This document shows, in pieces, positions 6,758 through 14,552 of a DNA stretch of 15,736 nt; position 1 is the first letter of the stretch; each line of letters begins with the position of its first letter. The translations under genes were made by a program, and so were the position numbers. The notes beneath the pieces were generated by a model. That model was given only the letters and a program-made list of their open reading frames with translations, was not told where the DNA came from and made no database searches. Origin of the DNA: an uncultured archaeon (GTDB taxonomy: Archaea > Asgardarchaeota > Lokiarchaeia > Sigyniarchaeales > SOKP01); the NCBI GenBank assembly GCA_964583985.1, contig CAZOYD010000073.1, positions 1 through 15,736 of the forward strand. Direction: 5' to 3'.

Positions 6758-8329
6758 TTACCAAGGTCTCCTCAAAGTTGTGGGTCTAATCATATTCGAT
6801 TTTTCAGGATAATCCACGTTATAATGTATTCCTCGACTTTCCTTTCTTGAAATAGCACTTACTATTATTAATTTAGCAACGGTAGCTAAATTTCTTAATT
6901 CTACCAAGTTCTTTTCTATTTTAAAATCCCAATAATATTGATTGATTTCATCTAAGAGGAGATTGATACGTTTTTTAGCTCTTTGAAGCCTTTTGTCTGT
7001 CCTTACGATTCCAACGTAATTCCACATGAATCGTCTAATCTCATCCCAATTTTGGGTTAGAACTACAGCTTCTGTTGAAGGAACGGCGTGTCCAGGCTCC
7101 CAGTCTTGAAATTCATTAATTTTAAGAGGCGTTACTGTTTTCGCAAGAAAATCTGCACATTCATAACCACAAACTAAGCCCTCTAATAATGAATTAGAGG
7201 CTAACCTGTTAGCACCATGCAAACCAGTACATGCGGATTCTCCTAAAACATATAAATTCTTTACCTTTGTTGAGCCATTTATCTTGGTCAACACACCTCC
7301 ACAGCAATAATGCGCAGCAGGAACGACTGGAATAGGTTCTCTTGTAATATCTATATTAAATTTTATGCAATTTTCATAAACACCTGGAAAGTGACTTATA
7401 ATAAAAGTGGGGCTTTTATAGGATGCAATATCTAATAACACGTGATCATCTCCAGTTCTTTTCAACTCAGCATCTATTGCTCTAGAAACAATATCACGGG
7501 GTGCTAATTCTTTCAAAGGATGGTATTCTTCCATAAACTCATTTCCGTTTATATCTTTTAAAATAGCTCCCTCTCCTCGTATTGCCTCTGTTATTAAAAA
7601 AGATTTTGCATAAGGATGATATAAGCAAGTTGGGTGGAACTGATAAAACTCCATATTTGCAATTATAGCTCCTGCTCTATATGCCATGGCTATTCCATCT
7701 CCTGACGCGACATCTGGATTTGTTGTATAGAGATATATCTTACCCGCTCCACCAGTAGCTAAAACCGTTGCTTTAGCTGCTATCCCATAAATATCTCCAT
7801 TGTTTTGATCTAAAACATATGCCCCATCACATCTGAAATTATTTGCAAATAAGTTAATCGCACACCAATGTTCCTTGATTTCTACATTAGGAAGATTTTT
7901 CACTTGCTTGATAAGGATCTCTTCTACATTTTGACCCGTTAAATCATTCACATGGAAGATTCTTCTTTCAGAATGACCCCCTTCTTTACCGAGATCATAT
8001 TCCCCGCTATCATTTTGAGTGAATTTAACTCCCATATCAATTAATTCTTTAATTACTTGCGGGGCTTTCGTGATAATAGATCTTACCACACCCTCATCGC
8101 ATAAACCATCCCCTGCAATTAACGTGTCTTGAACGTGTTTTTCAAAACTATCATGTTTGCTCCAAACGCTAGCTATTCCTCCTTGTGCGTAAAAAGTATT
8201 GCATTCGGTGATTGATTCTTTTGTAATTAGTAAGATCTTTAAATCTAGAACTAATTGAGATAATTTAAGGGCTAAAGATAATCCGGAGATACCTCCTCCT
8301 ATGATTAGAATATCAGTTTTGATCTTCAA
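6758..8329 (-). CDS. nadB: L-aspartate oxidase
   Basis: IIGGGISGL FAD motif, YAQGGIA, EGGHSERRIFH, QFHPT, LITEAIRGEG, ELAPRDIVSRAI, HYCCGG, HGANRLASNSL and ESRG.HY. TTG start. Confidence 0.96.
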   Translation of the reverse strand: MKIKTDILIIGGGISGLSLALKLSQLVLDLKILLITKESITECNTFYAQGGIASVWSKHDSFEKHVQDTLIAGDGLCDEGVVRSIITKAPQVIKELIDMGVKFTQNDSGEYDLGKEGGHSERRIFHVNDLTGQNVEEILIKQVKNLPNVEIKEHWCAINLFANNFRCDGAYVLDQNNGDIYGIAAKATVLATGGAGKIYLYTTNPDVASGDGIAMAYRAGAIIANMEFYQFHPTCLYHPYAKSFLITEAIRGEGAILKDINGNEFMEEYHPLKELAPRDIVSRAIDAELKRTGDDHVLLDIASYKSPTFIISHFPGVYENCIKFNIDITREPIPVVPAAHYCCGGVLTKINGSTKVKNLYVLGESACTGLHGANRLASNSLLEGLVCGYECADFLAKTVTPLKINEFQDWEPGHAVPSTEAVVLTQNWDEIRRFMWNYVGIVRTDKRLQRAKKRINLLLDEINQYYWDFKIEKNLVELRNLATVAKLIIVSAISRKESRGIHYNVDYPEKSNMIRPTTLRRPW

Positions 8330-8462
8330 CGGAATTATAGGTGTAAATCTTTAGCTTTTTTAGAATTATATTAAAAAGCTTATACTACAATTAATATTTT
8401 ACAGCTTTTTATTTCTAATCGTAATTTTTTTTTATCTTGTTAGATTTTCTAAAAAGTCGTAT

Positions 8463-8954
8463 ATGAAAACGATTACAAATGTATTATGGGTTTGTTTTGG
8501 AAATACTTCGAGAAGCCCCTTAGCTTTAGGACTTTCTTATTGGTTACAAAACACGAAATATAAAGAAGAACTAAAGGATATTCATTTTGATTCTGCTGGA
8601 TTTATTAATTTTTTTAAAACCGCCCAACCAGAAACAATTGAATACCTAAAAACAAAAAATGTGGACTTTAGTAATTTTCATGGAAAAATAATGGATGAAA
8701 AACTCCTTGATGAGCAAGATTTAATACTCGTTATGGAAGAGTTCCATTTAAAACGCTTGCGAAGAAAATTTAAACAAGTTAAAGATATTGATAAGAAATC
8801 GTTCTTGTTATTAGAATTTGCAGGAGAAAACGGTGAATTAGACATAAAAGATCCTGTTAATTTTGGACCCGAGATATACAACAGAGCTATTCAACGTGTA
8901 GAAGAAGGAGTAATTAAGTCAATCGAAAAAATTATCAGAATCAATAATGAATAA
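8463..8954 (+). CDS. Low-molecular-weight protein phosphatase family (LMW-PTP/YwlE/ArsC fold), paralog 1
   Basis: P-loop VCFGNTSRS, SAG, DLILVME..H and DIKDP general-acid loop. Confidence 0.9.
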   Translation: MKTITNVLWVCFGNTSRSPLALGLSYWLQNTKYKEELKDIHFDSAGFINFFKTAQPETIEYLKTKNVDFSNFHGKIMDEKLLDEQDLILVMEEFHLKRLRRKFKQVKDIDKKSFLLLEFAGENGELDIKDPVNFGPEIYNRAIQRVEEGVIKSIEKIIRINNE

Positions 8955-9048
8955 AGATTTATGCCCTTTATAAGACTACTTCTTTTTGATTAAGCAATTT
9001 TTCAAAATGAGCATCAAATTTAATATTCTTGTGAAATTTGATAAGTTG

Positions 9049-9531
9049 ATGAAATATGAGAAAATTATCTTCGTATGTAGGGGAAATACAGCAAGAAGTC
9101 CTGTTGCAGAATATTTAGCTCGTTATTATGCTAAAAAATATGAAGTAGACCTTAAATTTCAAAGTGCGGGATTTATTAATGCATTTTCCTACATGCAACC
9201 CGAATCAAGAAAGTATCTTGAAAGAAAAAATATAATTTATTCAGACTTTGTTCCTCAACTTATTTCTTCTAATTTACTGGAAAACAATGATTTAATTATA
9301 ACCATGGAATTGACCCACAAGGAAGAAATTTTTCACTCTTATCCTTTAATTAAAAATGTTGAGGAAAAAACATATACTCTTAAGGAATTTAATGGTGCTA
9401 AAAAGAACTTGGACATAATTGATCCATACTATACTGATCGAAACACATATCAAAAGATTATGGAATTAATCGATAAGGAAGTTGAGAATTTAATTCTAAA
9501 AATTATCAATTTTGAAAAAAGCTTAGTTTGA
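9049..9531 (+). CDS. Low-molecular-weight protein phosphatase family, paralog 2
   Basis: P-loop VCRGNTARSPVAE, SAG, DLIITME..H and DIIDPYY. ATG 9049 is preferred over TTG 8986 because it puts the catalytic Cys at residue 10. Confidence 0.9.
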   Translation: MKYEKIIFVCRGNTARSPVAEYLARYYAKKYEVDLKFQSAGFINAFSYMQPESRKYLERKNIIYSDFVPQLISSNLLENNDLIITMELTHKEEIFHSYPLIKNVEEKTYTLKEFNGAKKNLDIIDPYYTDRNTYQKIMELIDKEVENLILKIINFEKSLV

Positions 9532-9656
9532 ATTATCATCATATTTGACAATTTTGTGAACAATGCTTTAAATTAACTATTTAGTATGGTATGCTATTAA
9601 AATTGTCATTTTTTTTTCGATAAAATATAAATACCATAATTAAAGCTATTAATTTA

Positions 9657-10187
9657 ATGAATAAGCTCACTATTAAAAATACTATTGTTGAACTATTTAT
9701 AGGGGAGCTAATTAATTCGGAATATGATGCAATTATCCTCCCAACCAATAGTCGCCTTCTGCCAAGTGGGGAGTTAAGATGCAAAACTTTAAGGAAAGCA
9801 GGACCAGAAGTCCAAGTTGAATGCAACAAAATCATACAAACAATTTCTAATATACCAGCTGGTGAAGCTATCATGACATCTGGAGGGAATTTAGAATCAA
9901 AATACCTTATCCACGCTCGAGCAGGATATGAAGGAAAAAAACTTATGCTAGCCACATGGAATAGTTTAAAAATAGCGGACGAAAACGCTCTTAGATCGAT
10001 AGTTTTTCCGCCGATCTTAAAAGAAATAATTGGTTTTAACACTAAAAAGTGTGCTGAAATCATGTTGCCCACAATAGAAAAATATCTAAATGAAAAAAAT
10101 ACTAATTTGGAAAATGTATCTATTTGTCTTGAAACTCTTCCTGATTATAAAGATTTTGAAGCCATATTAGAGAGGATTTCCAATTAA
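9657..10187 (+). CDS. Macro domain protein with degenerate ADP-ribose-binding motifs
   Basis: DAII..N..L, KAG.EVQ.EC, GEAIMTSGGNL.SKYLIHA, NSL.IA and SIVFP.I...IGF follow the YmdB/MacroD scaffold. Confidence 0.85.
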   Translation: MNKLTIKNTIVELFIGELINSEYDAIILPTNSRLLPSGELRCKTLRKAGPEVQVECNKIIQTISNIPAGEAIMTSGGNLESKYLIHARAGYEGKKLMLATWNSLKIADENALRSIVFPPILKEIIGFNTKKCAEIMLPTIEKYLNEKNTNLENVSICLETLPDYKDFEAILERISN

Positions 10188-10344
10188 ACTTATCTTTTTT
10201 TATCAAAAATGAAAAAAGATGCTTATTTGAATTTTGTTTTTCTTTTAAGAGATCATCTTTCTATATTCCGAATAAATTAAATTATGTAATTAATTATCAA
10301 AATTAATCTTCTAACTCACCTATTTATTATTTAATGGGGATTTT

Positions 10345-10878
10345 ATGAACTTAGATGAGTATAATTCCATGTTTCAAAATGATCTTAAGAACATCAATTC
10401 TCTGAAAGGGTTCGAGATAATTTGCGAATCGATGGTTAACAAAGTATATGATCTTTTTGGCAGAAATGCATTGCTTTCAATGCTTTTTCAGATCGGTTCT
10501 GGACCGGGAAACGTCATAGCTGATCGCATCAAAAAAAATTATGAAAGAGAAGAATTCGAAATTTTGGATGCTTTTGCAATTTTATTAAATGAACTGAAGG
10601 AATTTTATTCAATTACTGTAAGAGAAATTGAAGATCAGGAGGATAAGATTAAACTTGTAATTGAAAATCATTGCTTTTTAAGAGAACCGATAAAACATAG
10701 AGAAAGAATGAATTTCGGGAAAGCATTTTGTAGAGTAAACAAGGGGTATTTTGAAACCGCGTTAAAAAGTCTATTGGGTGATAAAATTCGAAAGATTGAA
10801 ATTAATTTTCTAAAAAGTGATGATGAAAAAGATGTATGTGTTGAAGAACTCAATTTTTATAAAAATAAGACTCTTTAA
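10345..10878 (+). CDS. Stand-alone V4R/HNOB/Bet3-fold-like protein
   Basis: G....L.Q.G..G...A helix, ENHCF, FCRVNKGYF..AL and a terminal DVC give the three-Cys spacing typical of V4R-like domains. Confidence 0.62.
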   Translation: MNLDEYNSMFQNDLKNINSLKGFEIICESMVNKVYDLFGRNALLSMLFQIGSGPGNVIADRIKKNYEREEFEILDAFAILLNELKEFYSITVREIEDQEDKIKLVIENHCFLREPIKHRERMNFGKAFCRVNKGYFETALKSLLGDKIRKIEINFLKSDDEKDVCVEELNFYKNKTL

Positions 10879-11065
10879 ATCAACACATTTTCCTTAAAAA
10901 TAAGTAATATTACATTTAATTAGGAAAATTGATCATCATATTTTGCTTTAGATTAATTAAATTACCTTTTCAATTAATAAAATGTCAAATGTTAAAAAAA
11001 AAATAAGATTACATAAATTATCAAAATTGAAAAACAAATATAAAAAAAAAGGTTGAAATTTAAAA

Positions 11066-12253
11066 ATGGTTGATGTAAAAAACGTCCTTGTACTTGGCGC
11101 GGGTTTAATGGGTAGCGGAATTGCTCAAGTTTCATTAATGGCGGGATATAACGTTAAATTAGTTGACGTCAGTGATGAATTCGTTGATAATGGATATAAA
11201 AAAATTGAAGAAGGAATGAAAAAACTTGAATCTAAAGGTGCCTTAGGTGAAGGAGTGACTGCAAGCGCGATATTAGCAAGATGTCAAAAATCTGCCGATT
11301 TAGCATCGGCAGTAAAAGATGCTGATATCGTAATCGAAGCTGTTATTGAGAGAATGGATGTAAAGAAGCAAGTATGCAAAACAGTAATGGATAATGGACC
11401 AAAACACGTAATATTTGCCTCTAACACATCTACTATGAGTATATCTGAAATAGGAAAAGATTCAGGAGCTCCTGAAAGAGTCGCCGGAATGCATTTCTTT
11501 AATCCCGTTCCTTTAATGAAATGCATCGAAGTCATTAAAGGTGATAAAACTTCTGAAGATGTTTTTGAAACAACGATGAAAGTTGCTGAAAGTTTACCGT
11601 GCTTAAAAGGAAAACGATATATTGCTCCAGTTTTAAAGGATCGTCCTGGTTTTATTGTAAATCGATTAAATGCCCCCGCACAAATCTATTTAGCGTGGAT
11701 TTTCGACCAAGCTGCTGAACAAAATATTCCATGGGAAAGAATAGATGCTGACTCCGCCGGTATGACACCAATGGGTATGTGCGAACTTGCAGATTATGTT
11801 GGATTAGACACGATGTTGCATGTAGCTGCATATTATAAGGAAACCCTCAGTTCAGATTTTGAACCTGCTAAGGTTGTTAAAGAAATGGTGGCGGCAGGAA
11901 ACCTTGGAGCTAAATCAGGCAAGGGATTTTACGATTGGAGTAAAGGAAGAGATGGGATAAAAGCAAAAGTCAAGGCTGCCAAGCCATCTGGACTATTTAA
12001 TTTAGAATATACAATGGCGATTTTACTAAATGAAGGGTGCAGGATCTTAGAAGAAGGAGTAGCTTCCGGTTTTAAAGTAATTGACGAAGCTAATATGGCA
12101 GGAATGAACACACCTGGGCCATTTGGGGCTGGTAAAAAGAATTATGAAAAATGGAGTCAAATGTTAGAGGAATTAGCTACTAAAACTGGTAAAGAATATC
12201 TAAGACCTTGTAAATTGATGAAATCTGGCGGCTTTGTTAGCATGCGAAAATAA
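11066..12253 (+). CDS. 3-hydroxyacyl-CoA dehydrogenase with duplicated C-terminal domain
   Basis: GAGLMGSGIA, IEAVIE, ASNTS, GMHFFNP (catalytic His, downstream Glu), PGFIVNR, D.VGLD and LG.KSGKGFY, plus a second C-domain LNE...LEEGVA....ID...GPF. Confidence 0.95.
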   Translation: MVDVKNVLVLGAGLMGSGIAQVSLMAGYNVKLVDVSDEFVDNGYKKIEEGMKKLESKGALGEGVTASAILARCQKSADLASAVKDADIVIEAVIERMDVKKQVCKTVMDNGPKHVIFASNTSTMSISEIGKDSGAPERVAGMHFFNPVPLMKCIEVIKGDKTSEDVFETTMKVAESLPCLKGKRYIAPVLKDRPGFIVNRLNAPAQIYLAWIFDQAAEQNIPWERIDADSAGMTPMGMCELADYVGLDTMLHVAAYYKETLSSDFEPAKVVKEMVAAGNLGAKSGKGFYDWSKGRDGIKAKVKAAKPSGLFNLEYTMAILLNEGCRILEEGVASGFKVIDEANMAGMNTPGPFGAGKKNYEKWSQMLEELATKTGKEYLRPCKLMKSGGFVSMRK

Positions 12254-12256
12254 GTA

Positions 12257-12289
12257 TTTTCATTTTTTTTCTATTAATTTTTTTATTTT
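12257..12289 (+). terminator. Oligo-T tract, probable terminator
   Basis: Several T runs directly follow the TAA at 12253. Confidence 0.5.
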
Positions 12290-12394
12290 AGTATATGCAT
12301 TTTTAAATATCAAACTCTAATTTTTGAAAATTTTTAATTTAAGTAATGATAATACTATTTATCCAAATTGAATATAAAGAATTAGGTAATTATA

Positions 12395-13348
12395 ATGACT
12401 GAAGACCTTAAATTTGAGACATTAAAAATAGATTGGCCAACTCTCAAGGATGATGAAGGAAATGTTTTAAGAGAAGGTACTATAGAGGGGAATTATGCAG
12501 TAATTTCAATTAATCGACCCGATAGATTAAATGCTTTAACTGAACAAGTAGTTGGAGAAATTTCCTCTGCTTTAAGGCTTATGGAATTAGATGGATCTGT
12601 AAGAGCTGTGGTAATTAGAGGTGTGAAGGACTATACCAAGAAACCTGCATTTTCTGCTGGCGCTGATTTAGCGGCTGCGTTTAATCCACATTTAAAACCC
12701 AACATCCCCATGCACATGGCTTTAGCAATGAGAATCAGGCATAGAGATTATGATGAATTTGAACAATTTTCAAAGCCTTTAATTGCTGCTGTTGATGGAT
12801 TTGCATTAGGTGGTGGATGTGAAATTGTCTTATGCTGTGATATAGTTATAGCATCAGATAGATCACGTTTTGGGTTACCTGAAATAAATAGAGGAATTTT
12901 CCCTGCTAATGGAGGTGTTACAAGGATGGCTGCGAGAGTAGGCATTAATCGTGCACTCCGCATGGCTTACTTTGGAGAAGCTTTTGATGCAAAGACAATG
13001 CAAGAATGGGGTTTGGTCAGTTGGATGGCTCCTGCTGGTGATGAATTTGAAAAACTAGTACATGAAAAAGCCAAATGGTTAGGGGATGCTCCAACTACCG
13101 CATTATTCGTGATTAAGAAGTGTGTGAAATTTGGGACGAGGTATACGGAATTAGGATGCATGATGGAACAATTGGGATTTGGTGTTAATCAAGCCAGTTT
13201 TGATGCTAAGGAAGGAATTCTTGCTTTCAATAGAAAGATTAAATGCCCTGTTTGCTCGGGAAAAGGTAAGATGGAAGACGGAAGCACCTGTCCGAATTGT
13301 AATGGAAGTAGGAAAATTAAAGACACGCCACATTTCAAGGGTATTTAA
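12395..13348 (+). CDS. Enoyl-CoA hydratase/isomerase (crotonase) with an inserted CxxCxGxG zinc finger
   Basis: INRPDRLNAL, FSAGADL, KPLIAAVDGFALGGGCE and FGLPE (both catalytic Glu present). EGILAF...PHFKG is interrupted by CPVCSGKG-x7-CPNCNGSR. Confidence 0.94.
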   Translation: MTEDLKFETLKIDWPTLKDDEGNVLREGTIEGNYAVISINRPDRLNALTEQVVGEISSALRLMELDGSVRAVVIRGVKDYTKKPAFSAGADLAAAFNPHLKPNIPMHMALAMRIRHRDYDEFEQFSKPLIAAVDGFALGGGCEIVLCCDIVIASDRSRFGLPEINRGIFPANGGVTRMAARVGINRALRMAYFGEAFDAKTMQEWGLVSWMAPAGDEFEKLVHEKAKWLGDAPTTALFVIKKCVKFGTRYTELGCMMEQLGFGVNQASFDAKEGILAFNRKIKCPVCSGKGKMEDGSTCPNCNGSRKIKDTPHFKGI

Positions 13349-13373
13349 TAACGTTCAAATCTCTTTAAATTCC

Positions 13374-13393
13374 TTTTTTTCTTTTTTTTCTTT
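13374..13393 (+). terminator. Oligo-T tract, probable terminator
   Basis: T7-C-T8-C-T3 about 25 nt after the stop at 13348. Confidence 0.55.
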
Positions 13394-13465
13394 AATAGAC
13401 TTAGCAAATTCATTTATATGTCAGAATAAATACAATATAAATACCAACACCTATTTGAAAATCTA

Positions 13466-14020
13466 TTGTTTAATAAAGTTGAAATTGTTGAAGAATTGGA
13501 TGATGATGTTCTTCATCTTCGCAAAATTAGCAAGCAAGATGTACAATTTTTTTATAAGAGTCTTACTCATGAACAAATTACCCATTTTTTATCTTTAGGG
13601 GCATTACATTCATTTGAACATGCAAGACGAGTAATTAAAAATTACTTGAAATCATGGGAAAATCTCCAACAATTTAATTATATTATTGAAATAAAAGATT
13701 TATTACCAAGCAACAAAATTGGTTTAGTTAATTTGTGGAATGTTAGTTGGTTGCATCGAAGAGCAGAAATTGGAATCTGGTTACTTCCAAAGTATTGGAA
13801 ATTTGGATATGGTAGAAAATCTGTTAATTTAATCAAAACAATTGGATTTAATCATTTGTTTCTAAATAGAATCGAAGCACACGTTGCTATTGAGAATAGC
13901 AACTCGATTAAAATGTTTAAGTCATGTAATTTTGAGGAAGAAGGCATTTTAAGGCAATATCTGAACCTAAATGGTATATTTCAAGATGCAATGGTCTTGA
14001 GTTGCTTGAGAAGTCAATAA
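13466..14020 (+). CDS. GNAT N-acetyltransferase, RimJ/RimL family
   Basis: LHLR, IG...L, AEIGIWL.PKYW..GYG, F....LNRIEA.V..EN..S and F.EEG.LRQ. Confidence 0.92.
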   Translation: MFNKVEIVEELDDDVLHLRKISKQDVQFFYKSLTHEQITHFLSLGALHSFEHARRVIKNYLKSWENLQQFNYIIEIKDLLPSNKIGLVNLWNVSWLHRRAEIGIWLLPKYWKFGYGRKSVNLIKTIGFNHLFLNRIEAHVAIENSNSIKMFKSCNFEEEGILRQYLNLNGIFQDAMVLSCLRSQ

Positions 14021-14436
14021 ATCAGTTGATCAACCTTTAATTTATCAAGTTCCTTCAAAACTTTCGAGAATGATTTAAAACGCGTGATATTCCCATCAAA
14101 ATTATCTAAGACGGATTTATAATTTCTTACAAATTGATTGAGGATGTAATTTGCTTTGAGATTTAATATCTTTCTTTTAGATCGACAATCAGTTTTAATA
14201 TCACATTTTAAAATTAGATGAACTCGTGAAAAAGGATGAGTATGAAAATAAAATATAGACTTATGTAGTTTTAATGAATCTATACTCTCTTGAAAACCAT
14301 ATTTGGCAAACCTACAAATCTGATCGAAATAGCTAGCGATAATTTGAAAATCAGGATCAGAATTGAGATTATCGAGAAAATTATGGTAAAAGAGAGGAAT
14401 CCCGTTATTAGATAAAATAATTATTTCCTGGATCAA
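14014..14436 (-). CDS. Longin-like (profilin-fold) domain protein, Asgard type
   Basis: I.I....GIPLFY beta hairpin, a helix, three strands and C-terminal F...Y....FDGNI..F..F. TTG start. It overlaps the convergent GNAT by 7 nt. Confidence 0.68.
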   Translation of the reverse strand: MIQEIIILSNNGIPLFYHNFLDNLNSDPDFQIIASYFDQICRFAKYGFQESIDSLKLHKSIFYFHTHPFSRVHLILKCDIKTDCRSKRKILNLKANYILNQFVRNYKSVLDNFDGNITRFKSFSKVLKELDKLKVDQLIY

Positions 14437-14552
14437 AATTATTCTCAGAAAATATTTGATTTTCTAAATATTTAATACTTTTGTTAATAAAGGATAACTT
14501 TGATGATGATAATTAATATGGTTGTTAGCAGGTTAATAATTGACATAAACTA

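Noticed and set aside
8986-9048. N-terminal extension of phosphatase 2 from TTG 8986
   Set aside because: The family places the catalytic Cys within about 10 residues of the start. This segment looks like AT-rich intergenic or promoter sequence.
8463-9531. Arsenate reductase (arsC) call
   Set aside because: Neither protein has resolving cysteines, and no arsR, acr3 or arsB gene is nearby.
9581-10072. 163-aa minus-strand ORF
   Set aside because: Antisense to the macrodomain gene, with no family features.
13179-13598. 139-aa plus-strand ORF bridging the ECH and GNAT genes
   Set aside because: It overlaps two well-supported genes out of frame and runs through a poly-T terminator.
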